DNA from: Octopus bimaculoides | Taxonomy: Eukaryota | Assembly (NCBI RefSeq): GCF_001194135.2 | Contig: NC_068981.1 | Coordinates: 126,748,352 to 126,812,351 of the forward strand | DNA: 64,000 nt | Direction of reading: 5' to 3' | Shown: positions 53,073 through 64,000 of the stretch, piece after piece | Numbering within the stretch: position 1 is the first letter of the stretch | Layout: every line of letters begins with the position of its first letter | The notes under the pieces: generated by a model | Seen by the model: only the letters and a program-made list of their open reading frames with translations | Database searches by the model: none | Told to the model about the DNA's origin: nothing | Program-made: the position numbers and the translations under genes

Positions 53073-53480
53073 GTGATAATTTAATCTAAATTCTCATACT
53101 GAAATTGGTTAATTGGGTTTTTCATCAAGGATGAATTTTCGAAAAGTGAGTTACATCTTCACGTGTTGGTTGACTTACAACAGACTCAAACGTGTGCGTT
53201 TTAGAATGTATGGATGGATGGGTGGATGGATGGATGGATGGATGGTTGGATGGATGGATGGATACATATATTCACTGTGTGCTTTGTGATACATATACGA
53301 TCAAGCATGTCCGTTAATAAGCATGTGAACAATGTGGTGGTGAGAGAGGATCTGCGGGGGTGATCAGTGCTGCTGAAGATATTCGGTGATGAGCTTATTA
53401 AATAAGCCTGACGAGAAAGAAAATTGAGAACAGTATTGCGGTTATCATTATCTTCATAATCAACGACTATAACGATAGAA

Positions 53481-53528
53481 GCGGGAGCGGGAGCGGGAGC
53501 GGGAGCGGGAGCGGGAGCGGGAGCGGAA
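53481..53528 (+). repeat. (GCGGGA)7 hexamer repeat
   Basis: Direct reading; seven perfect units plus gcggaa. Confidence 0.95.
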
Positions 53529-53903
53529 GCAGGGGCAACAGCAGCAACAGCAGTAACATCATCTGCCACAACAACAGCAATACAGAGATAAAATAGCACC
53601 GGTAACATACACAGTGAGTAATAAAGAGAAAGATGAGCAGATAACCAGAAAGCTAACAGGCAGACTAACGTAGGGCGAGAAGCATAAACAGCATAAGGGA
53701 TTGTGTAAAGTAGGGGTTGAAAGGTATCTTAACTGCAGAGATGCGGGGAAGACAAAGAAAAATATATGGGGTGAGAGAAAATTCGGTGGAATTAAAAAGA
53801 CGCCCTAAGCAAATTATAAGCTTGAATACTTGCAAATAAACATAGGAATATACGCACTGCATTCATATGTACAGGCATGTAGAATTACATGCATTCATAC
53901 ATG

Positions 53904-53946
<43 letters not shown>

Positions 53947-54588
53947 AACCATACATACATACATACATACATACATACATACATANNNNNNNNNNNNNNN
54001 NNNNNNNNNNNNNNNNNNNNNNNNNNNNNNNNNNNNNNNNNNNNNNNNNNNNNNNNNNNNNNNNNNNNNNNNNNNNNNNNNNNNNNNNNNNNNNNNNNNN
54101 NNNNNNNNNNNNNNNNNNNNNNNNNNNNNNNNNNNNNNNNNNNNNNNNNNNNNNNNNNNNNNNNNNNNNNNNNNNNNNNNNNNNNNNNNNNNNNNNNNNN
54201 NNNNNNNNNNNNNNNNNNNNNNNNNNNNNNNNNNNNNNNNNNNNNNNNNNNNNNNNNNNNNNNNNNNNNNNNNNNNNNNNNNNNNNNNNNNNNNNNNNNN
54301 NNNNNNNNNNNNNNNNNNNNNNNNNNNNNNNNNNNNNNNNNNNNNNNNNNNNNNNNNNNNNNNNNNNNNNNNNNNNNNNNNNNNNNNNNNNNNNNNNNNN
54401 NNNNNNNNNNNNNNNNNNNNNNNNNNNNNNNNNNNNNNNNNNNNNNNNNNNNNNNNNNNNNNNNNNNNNNNNNNNNNNNNNNNNNNNNNNNNNNNNNNNN
54501 NNNNNNNNNNNNNNNNNNNNNNNNNNNNNNNNNNNNNNNNNNNNNNNNNNNNNNNNNNNNNNNNNNNNNNNNNNNNNNNNNNNNNNNN

Positions 54589-54637
<49 letters not shown>

Positions 54638-55687
54638 GTGTGTGTGTGTATAAGTGTGTGTGAGCATGTGTATGTGTGTGAGTGCGTATATGTATAGATA
54701 TATATACATGTGTGTGTGTGTGCGTAGTGCGTGTATACATATATATATGTATACACGCAGAAGAAAGCTGGCCGATGGTTACGTGGGAGCCACATGACCA
54801 TCGGCCATCTTTCTCCTAATTTGTGTTACTTTCTTTCTCTCCGTTGTAGTTGGGACAAGGAAGACGTTTTCTTGTCTATCTCCTGTCCTAGTTTGATTTA
54901 CGCGTTCGCCACCACAACCTCGTTTAGGCTTATCAGCTCTTCCTGTTTGTTTTCACTATCCTGTTTGTGTTACCAATTCTGATCCTCTTCAAAATTCAAA
55001 ATTTTATTTAATTTGCTTTGCGGGAGCAACTGTTTTATCGAATTGTTTTTAAATGCTCGAAATACGAGAGTAGAAAAATAGCCAACAACTGACGAAGGGT
55101 CGTTCTTTATGTTGTTTGTCTTTTTTTCCATTTGTGTCTCTCGTTGCTCGAAAAAATAGTTCATATTCCATGAACTCGTACTTCGTATTTTTTGTTGTAC
55201 ACGTTTCGTGATGTCCTGTGCCCACATATGCATATATATATATATATATATATATATACGTATAGATGTAAGTATGTACATATACATATGTATATATGCA
55301 TATNNNNNNNNNNNNNNNNNNNNNNNNNNNNNNNNNNNNNNNNNNNNNNNNNNNNNNNNNNNNNNNNNNNNNNNNNNNNNNNNNNNNNNNNNNNNNNNNN
55401 NNNNNNNNNNNNNNNNNNNNNNNNNNNNNNNNNNNNNNNNNNNNNNNNNNNNNNNNNNNNNNNNNNNNNNNNNNNNNNNNNNNNNNNNNNNNNNNNNNNN
55501 NNNNNNNNNNNNNNNNNNNNNNNNNNNNNNNNNNNNNNNNNNNNNNNNNNNNNNNNNNNNNNNNNNNNNNNNNNNNNNNNNNNNNNNNNNNNNNNNNNNN
55601 NNNNNNNNNNNNNNNNNNNNNNNNNNNNNNNNNNNNNNNNNNNNNNNNNNNNNNNNNNNNNNNNNNNNNNNNNNNNNNNNNNNNNNN

Positions 55688-55766
<79 letters not shown>

Positions 55767-57394
55767 AGACAGGGAATGATAGACAAGCAGACAGAGATAG
55801 GCAGACAGACAAACCGACAGAAAAACCTGTATAACGCAACACAACAATGGTCTAACATATATACAGTTTATGCAAATTTACATCCTCCAATAAACTTACC
55901 CTTCATATTTCAAGTATGCATACTGACAATCAGGTCATGAATACGCGAGTATGTATTACAGAGCGCAACGGACTTTTAATTCCATATTTTGCTCTCATTT
56001 TTTAACACTTGCATCTTTATACTCAAATCCGTTAGATCCACTCTTGAATGCATTGGCCACATATATCGTATTCCAGCTGAAACTTTATACCCGAACTTAA
56101 TTTTTACTGGTAGCATACTCGACTCACAACCCGAATCGGTTCAAATATTCATGCACTCTAACATCGAAATCTATATGCGCTTACATCCAGACTTTTAATC
56201 ATTTAATGAAAGATTCAACTAAGACACGGCTTAGTTCCATCTAAGCCATCAACTATTCTCTGATAAAACTCTGCGTTTACATCATACATACGAAGGGGTA
56301 CTGCTGAAAAGTTCCAGGCTCTGGGTTAAAAGAAAATAGAGGATCAATTAATTATTTTATTCGACATATTCCTCTCACAGATTCACACACTTATTGCAGT
56401 GGTCCTTCAGTTTTCCTAAACTCTATAAAAAAATATCGGAAGGTTGGGTCTCCAACAAGGCCTTTTGTGATGCCTTTAAATCTGTGTATTATATCTTATC
56501 GTATTGTATGTTCGAGTTACATTTTGGATTGATATATACCCTGTCTTATTCCAAGGAATTTGTTAATTAATTACTAATCATTAGCCAAATATTTAATTTA
56601 TTTAAGTAACTATCTACTTGCTTAATTATATATCTAGTTACTTAATACATTTAATTATTTATTTATGCACGTTCATAAGTAATTACTGAATCGTTCTTTT
56701 AATTAGTTACATATTTAATCATTTCAATAATTTTACTTAAACACCCAAACATAGTTTCCCTGCCCACAAGTAATTCTCAGACATCATACGTAATCTCCTT
56801 AACACTGTTTGTATTACTCAGCCACTCACACAGCATCTATTCATCTCATTTTATCTTATCTCTCTTCACATTATTCTAAGTTGTAAACATATTTATATAT
56901 TTTGTCAGTCAGTTTCAATTATCGGTCCCTGATGGTAATCTTGGAATTATTTCCTCTTAACCAATGCTTGTAAGATTTTGGCATGGAGCTGAATCACATC
57001 ACATCTGACGCATTAATAAACGCTAAGATTCCTTTAACCAATGAGATGTGAGTGTTTTTCCGCCATGTCATTGCACGTCTGTTGTAATTTTGTTTCATCA
57101 CAGCAGGCGTGTGACGAAACGTCCTTGCACAGAGAAACTCGCGAATAACGGTTCCATGTCTTCACCAAATAATATTGTGAGCGTGCGTATATATAATATG
57201 TGTATGGGTGGGGTGCAATATTTCCAGTGTCGTTCTTTATTTTCCTATTATTTTCAGTGTGAATATTAACGTGTGTATATATATATGTATACATTTGTAT
57301 TCATGCTTGTGTGTGTGCATGTAAATATACCTGTCGATCTATCTGTTTATCTATATGTGTGTGTATGTATGTATGTATGTATGTATGTATGTGT

Positions 57395-57435
<41 letters not shown>

Positions 57436-59149
57436 CGTGTGTCTGTGCGTGTGTGGTACGATAGTGTTATGGTGAGTAGGTGTATGTTTGCATTGTTTCA
57501 GTGGGTATTAGTGCGATTGTTCTACTGTTGCTGTGAGTGTGCGGGGGCCTTTGTTTTATTGTTGTGGATGTTGTTATATTGTAACATGTATTAATAGGCC
57601 CTTCTCTTTATGGATGTATGTGGTGTATGTATGATTATATGTATGTGTCTATTGTATGTATATGTGTCATTTACATGAGTGCGTGATAGGTTTAGGTCTG
57701 TATGTGTTTTTGAGTGGTGTATTTATGAGGGTGTTCGGGGGTGATATGAGTGGAGCATAAGCCACGCTTTTTGGGCATGTCACACTATGTGTATATTTAA
57801 GTTGTGGGTATATTTTTGGACGAAAAGAGTGATATTTTCAGGTTAGTGTGTGTTTTGTGGCACTTGTCTCCTATGTCAATCACCAGTGGACTCTGAGTCG
57901 CTTGGCAGCTTTCAATTACCATCGATAGATATCTTTCACCAAGAGGCATGAATGTTTCTAGTTTAAAATGTCCACCGATGACATCCAGCTTTCAGTTCTT
58001 GGAACAAAAATTCTAAATTGATTATAGGGTGATGAGTCAACAAGTTGTCAATTATCGGGAGTCTGTCATATTTTTCATAGTGATTCAAATTTGTGGGCGG
58101 ACGGGCGTGTGTGTAACATTGCCAGAATTGCATTAAAAACACTAGGATCCCTCAGTGGTACCAACAAATATTTCGACCAAGCTTAAGTTATAACCACAGT
58201 GTGTACTGCTCCCATTTTCTGCTGCACACACTAACACCTAAGACCAAATCCTGATGAAGGCCATTAGTTGCTTTTCTTTTGAATTTGGTTTTAGTTGTTA
58301 GTCACCGAATGGCAAATTGCCTTCAGATAATTTGCCAATCATTTGAATACATTTTCTTTTTTATTTGAGCCTAGGATTGTCTGATACACAATATTAGAAG
58401 GCAGAACACATTATTGCAGTACTTAAGAGTGTAAGTATATCTATCTTTCTGTATGAATGTGAATGAGAATACGGCGATGTTCTTAGTGATAAGTGAAATC
58501 GTTTTGAAAGGAGTACATTGACATATGGGAAGTTTCTATGAATCAAAAAGCAACAGAATGAATGTAAATTAAACAAAAACGCAAAAAGTTTTTTTTCTGT
58601 TTTTAAGATTTAAAAAAATAGCTTTAAAAGAACACTGGCTCGCTTGGGTTTCATTCTATCCCGGAGAGATATCAAAATGAAGAAAACTCAAAAAAGGAGG
58701 CGAAATTGTTAAAGAAAACACAAAAAGGAATGTGTAAATAAGTTCTTGATGTGAATATTGTGTCAGAGACTGGTACGAGTTTGGATGAAATGATGTGTGA
58801 TTAATATAGCAGGAAATTGCCAGAACACCCATAGAACAAAGATAGAAATGCTATAATTTAAAGTATCAGTATTAAAGATAGCACCGTATGGTATGGGTCA
58901 ACTCCCAGCTATTCAAATCTGTTGCTCGGTTTTTATTCCCAGTAGAAATCGTTGGATTTCCGACGAATCTTGCTAACAGATTTTGTCTCTAAAAATAAAT
59001 GTTTATACAGATATATACATCCATGTAATGTTATACATTTAATATTCTTACTTAAAATGAATAATTGTAAATTGTAATTTTTTGGTAATAGTTTGATCTT
59101 GAAAAAGGGAATATATCTTTGACCTCCCAGACCACTCAATATTGAATCA

Positions 59150-59480
59150 GATTAGTGAAAGCAATGCGATTATTGTTCCTCTTGAACAACTGCGTGATGA
59201 TTACCAGAGAACAAGTATGGATGGAGAGGGAATTACAGTGTGTTGGCATACTGGCGATGAAGGATTGGACATAGTGGTTGAGTTCAGACCTTGGTGGGGC
59301 AGCCACAATATAAACGTCGAGAAGAGAATCGATTCAGTGAGGTCAACATAGGTGGAATTAGTACGAGACCACCTGTCTCTGAACAGGAGTCACTGCAGTT
59401 GTGGCTGCAGCAAAGAAAGTAGAGCAAAGAGGTTGCACATCCGAGATGACTGGGTATGGTGGTTAGACTATGTTGATGAG
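59150..59480 (-). mobile_element. CR1-superclade (L2/Crack-like) LINE 3' end remnant
   Basis: Minus-strand frames ATSLLYF...LVLIPP...RFS and YIVAAPPRSELNHYVQSFI...CNSL...QLFKRNNNRI resemble the conserved SLFYRY...L.P..R.TR.S..H.Y.V.....Y..SF..RT..LWNSL...FK..IN tail. Confidence 0.5.
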
Positions 59481-60239
59481 CCATCAAAAGCGAATAAAGG
59501 TTTCTCAAATATGAAAGTAACTTTAAAAGAAAACTGACTCACTTTGGTTCCAATAAAAAGCTTAAAGACAGTGGAATAATAAAAGTACGAAAAACACAGG
59601 ATGTACATGCTACTCGGCCAAGTCTTCTCACTTAGGATGTCTAGTGCGCTCTATTAACATCTTTTCGTAAGCGGAAACAGAATTCTATTTTAGAATTATG
59701 TACACAAGACAATTTTTAATATGGAAACGATGTTTTAAAAGAAAGACCAAACAAACACTAATTTTTCTTCCCTATCGAAGATATTTTCTACAACTGGAAT
59801 TGAAGTCGTAGGAATCTAGAATGGTGAGGGAAATGAAAATACTGTAAGTTCAAGATAATATTGAGTTTGCCGACGTCATAAGAATTTTAGACGTGATGTA
59901 ATTCTTTTTTGGAATACTGGATTTCGAAGCACAAAAAGAATCATATTAACAGTGAGTATATTTATGGATCAAATACACACATAGTAAGTTCAAGATTTTA
60001 TGATGAACTAATTAAGCCTTCTTAAATTTTAACATGCAAGTTTTGCTTTTAGTAATGAATTATACTGGTTTTGGTAATTACTTATAGACAAGGTTAAACT
60101 GAGTTATTTATAGCACTGTGTCTTCGATATGAATATAGGGAACTAACTACATACACAAGCTTTTCTACAGTACTACATCTGTGTCTTGATGCTATTGAAG
60201 ATTACAAGTTTGTCTTGTTCTCACTTGAATATCTTTCTG

Positions 60240-60450
60240 AGATCTCTCCTTGAGCAGTCATTGTCTAATAAAGGTGCCATCTACATTGTATACAGATGAC
60301 ACCCATCGTAAAGTTTTAGTGAGAGACGTGGTTATTATCTGGATAGGAAAAAAAGAACTTAGATCCTCATCGGGGAGGAAATCTGACTGGTGTAAAGATA
60401 TTTTGGCAATGTGAAGCATTAATGCTATGTCTTTATGAGAGTCTATTTCA
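60240..60450 (+). mobile_element. Possible CR1-like RT fragment
   Basis: LYTDDT (YADD-like) followed by SDWCKDIL..SINA; short and degraded. Confidence 0.3.
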
Positions 60451-60628
60451 GACTTGTTATTTAATATGAGTGTAGAATATGTCTACACTACTCTTTATCT
60501 CTGTGCATATCTGTCACATTCGTGCTATTTTCTGTGTGTAAAAAACAAAGAGGAAGGGAAACATATGTGCGTTTTTAATTATGTGTGTGTTAATGATGGG
60601 TTTTGTCAATAAATTCATGTTACAATGT

Positions 60629-61012
60629 GGAGGCGCAATGGCCCAGTGGTTAGGGCAGCGGACTCGCGGTCATAGGATCGCGGTTTCGATTCCCAGACCA
60701 GGCGTTGTGAGTGTTTATTGAGCGAAAACACCTAAAGCTCCCCGAGGCTCCGGCAGGGGATGGTGGCGAACTCTGCTGTACTCTTCCACCACAACTTTCT
60801 CTCACTCTTACTTCCTGTTTCTGTTGTGCCTGTAATTCAAAGGGCCAGCCTTGTCACACTATGTCACGCTGAGTATCCCCGAGAACTACGTTAAGGGTAC
60901 ACGTGTCTGTGGAGTGCTCAGGCACTTGCACGTTAATTTAACGAGCAGGCTGTTCCGTTGATCGGATCAACTGGAACTCTCGACGTCGTAAGCGACGGAG
61001 TGCCAACAACAA
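60629..61012 (+). mobile_element. Young full-length tRNA-derived SINE (family C) with a 13-bp TSD
   Basis: A box tggcccagtgg, B box ggtttcgattccc, (CAA)n tail, and TSD catgttacaatgt at 60616-60628 and 61013-61025. Confidence 0.92.
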
Positions 61013-61332
61013 CATGTTACAATGTTGTTGTTGTTGTGGATGTCCCAATACAAGTTCAATACTGCAATTCAAGATGAAGTGATAGAATGATTTCAGTTCA
61101 AATTGATGTGAGATTTGTCACTCCTGGGGAGACTTTGGCCTTGAGGACCATGCCTCGAGCAGGTTTGGTAGAACAATTTGCATTCCATTTAGAATATGAT
61201 TCCATGTCGAAAATTCTGCTTCACTGAAACCCTTATATCGCAGTCGGAATGTACGTCGATTTTATGTATGTCATATTCTACGTATGTCAATGATGATGAT
61301 GATGACAAGAAACGACGATGAAGATGATGATA

Positions 61333-61378
<46 letters not shown>

Positions 61379-62464
61379 ATCTACTCGTGATTAGGTTAGA
61401 TGCACCAACTGCCGAAATAACATTCCATAGCTCTTGTTAAGACGATTAGTGCCGTGATGTTTTTTTTATCTGTTGTTATTACTGAATTTNNNNNNNNNNN
61501 NNNNNNNNNNNNNNNNNNNNNNNNNNNNNNNNNNNNNNNNNNNNNNNNNNNNNNNNNNNNNNNNNNNNNNNNNNNNNNNNNNNNNNNNNNNNNNNNNNNN
61601 NNNNNNNNNNNNNNNNNNNNNNNNNNNNNNNNNNNNNNNNNNNNNNNNNNNNNNNNNNNNNNNNNNNNNNNNNNNNNNNNNNNNNNNNNNNNNNNNNNNN
61701 NNNNNNNNNNNNNNNNNNNNNNNNNNNNNNNNNNNNNNNNNNNNNNNNNNNNNNNNNNNNNNNNNNNNNNNNNNNNNNNNNNNNNNNNNNNNNNNNNNNN
61801 NNNNNNNNNNNNNNNNNNNNNNNNNNNNNNNNNNNNNNNNNNNNNNNNNNNNNNNNNNNNNNNNNNNNNNNNNNNNNNNNNNNNNNNNNNGGGGGGGGTC
61901 GTGGTCTTCTTTGTGTTGCAATGTTTGCTGGATTTTCTTTTCCTTGTTAATATTTTGCTTGTGCTACTACTACTACTGTAATTTCTGGTGTTATTATTAT
62001 TATTATTATTATTTGTTTTTGTTGTTGCCGTTGTTACTGTTGCTCTTATTCTAATTCCCATTTGTGGGGGCGTTGCTGTTAGTCGGAATGTTATTATAAT
62101 TGTAGCTGATGGTGATGGAGGTGGTGGAATTGTCGCTTAAACAATATTAGATTTTTTTTTTCTAGAGTTATGTTTAGCCCACGACGTTGCTGAATCCGTG
62201 TTTACCCATAATGCCATTTCTACCTCAACAAAATGTTCATACCATCTGCTTGCTTCAAGTTTCTTTTGATGTTTTTTGTATTTTTTCTTTTCACATTTCT
62301 TAAGCATTTCTTTTATTTGCTCTCTTGCTTCTGTCCGTGTATGTATGTATGTATTACGTATGTATGTATGTATGTATGTATGCATGTATGTATGTATGTA
62401 TGTATGTACGTACGTACGTATGTATGTATGTATCTATCTCTGTATCTATTTATCTAGTGTGTGT

Positions 62465-62498
<34 letters not shown>

Positions 62499-63104
62499 CT
62501 GTGTGTGTGTGTGTGTCTGTCTGTCAGCCATTTTCTTAACCAAATTCACTCTGTCTCTTTGTGTTAATACTTCCATTTCAACTTACCCCAACCCCTAAAA
62601 TTTCTGTCTTACAGGAAATAAAACTGCCCCTAGTCTCAGCGACTATTCCGTTCGATTTCAATTCTAAATACATTTATTAAATACCGCTACACTCTTAAAT
62701 GCGTGGCTACAGTAATAGAATAAGTATCTTTGTTTTGATTCCCAGATGGAATAATTACTCTAACTCTGCTTCTAAATGTTCCACAATTTTCTGTTTGTAC
62801 TGCAAGCCATAACTTCAAGTTCTGAGATTTTGTCTACCACTTACACACTGATATTTATAAACCCTATGCAATGTGATCTCTCTCTCTATACATGCAACTT
62901 CACTACCTTCTCATAATATCTTCAAATTATTTATTAATCAGAAGTGTTAAAACATCCCATAAGCATTTGGTTAACTGCAATACCACTAGCAGCCCAAATC
63001 GTCTAAATAAAATAAGGTCATATCACTGCCTACACTAAAAAGAAAAACTATAATCACTGCATCCTACATGCTTTTTTGTTTGGTCAGTTAGTCAGAGAAG
63101 AGAG

Positions 63105-63350
63105 AGCGTCTTTCCAGACTTGTGAGATAACTGCTGTTGCTGTCTAGTTTAGCATATGTTTAAACGTGGAAGGGAAGGAAATTCCAGAAAGAGGTTCTTA
63201 TGAAGGAGAAAGATTACCAGTGGTTTTTTATGCATATGTAATGGAAGCAATCGTAAGAATTTTGTGCTGAGTGTGCCAGGATAAACAGAGTATAGAGCTT
63301 ACTAGTTCAGTGGAATAGTGACTATTGTATGCACAACAGTAGAAAAAGGA
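63105..63350 (-). mobile_element. Second CR1-like LINE 3' end remnant
   Basis: The minus strand reads SFFYCCAYNSHYSTELVSSI... then a decayed SFI.RT.LWNSLP-like stretch (ttcataagaacctctttctggaatttccttccc). Confidence 0.45.
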
Positions 63351-64000
63351 GGGTAATAGCGCATTTGTTTGTTTAATTATAATGAAGAGTTTAGGATTTC
63401 TTTCATTTTGGGGGTGGGGGTTGTTGACAATATGTCGAAGGGCCTTCTTTTGAATATCCTACTTTTAACCCTGCTATACATACGCTCGTGGAAATACTTC
63501 CCCCGCCCACACGGTAACCAATAATTAATTTATATATGATTTATTACTTACAAGGTACAAGTGCTCTGTTTAAAGTGTGTATACGTACTACAGCTATTAG
63601 TAGTATAGTAGGATATATCCGAATATATTGTTTATACAAGACCACACTGTCAAATTGCTCCAGTTTTGTAAAGCCTCTATTCTCCTCCCCCATCACATTA
63701 ATACATCGCAGGCCATATCTTGACTCCCATTTGACCGCATTAGCAGTACATGTCTTAGTCATACCATCAATATTTCCATGATATCTATAATTTACATTAC
63801 CTTGTACTAAATATGTTATCCAGTTATTTGGATGTCCCTCTGGTGCAACTCACATTCCATATGATTACTTCTACACTTAAAGTAACCTTATTCAAATTGA
63901 CCAAGCAGTCACTTCGTAATGGCCCTGACATCGCATTGCCTAGAAAAACTGGGGAAAGCTACTGACAAAATAAAACATTACGGAGATTTTGTTATTTATT

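Noticed and set aside
53201-53608. 135-aa minus-strand ORF with an (AP)n linker
   Set aside because: It is built from adjacent simple repeats (GCGGGA, CAA/CAG, GATG); no domain or splice support.
59142-59537. Two adjacent + strand ORFs of 61-69 aa
   Set aside because: They are the antisense reading of a CR1-like LINE 3' remnant.
60629-60705. tRNA gene
   Set aside because: A and B boxes are present, but the sequence continues into a SINE body with a tail and TSD, and no complete cloverleaf is evident.
62614-62675. Strong acceptor tttctgtcttacag| as a possible last CAP exon
   Set aside because: In the required phase it gives R-K-stop rather than the conserved R-G-N (GNKTAP is out of frame). 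The true next exon may be in a gap or beyond the window.

Overview
AT-rich, microsatellite- and transposon-dense eukaryotic DNA from a gapped short-read scaffold (about 15 N-gaps, nearly all bounded by simple repeats). The SINE/LINE families look like those I recall from Octopus genomes, so a coleoid cephalopod source is inferred, not proven. There is no prokaryotic operon, CRISPR array, rRNA or true tRNA. The only host gene I can support is a + strand, intron-rich CAP/SCP (CRISP/antigen-5/PR-1) domain gene. It has two clear exons (17301-17516 and 46640-46758, about 29 kb apart) and a probable upstream exon (13275-13381). The protein keeps the CAP fold motifs and cysteines but appears to have lost most of the conserved His/Glu central-cavity tetrad. 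The rest of the window is decayed mobile DNA: a piggyBac pseudo-transposase with an intact right end; Dong/R4-, Tx1/L1-, CR1-, RTE- and Penelope-like LINE remnants; several SINE families (one full-length with a 13-bp TSD); pogo- and mariner-type MITEs; and foldback elements. Notable structures are a Penelope-type minimal hammerhead ribozyme relic, a second hammerhead-like 135-bp repeat, a telomeric-repeat hairpin inside a TIR element, and a foldback split by a SINE whose 5' end is amplified tenfold. I did not find a convincing new multi-gene system.
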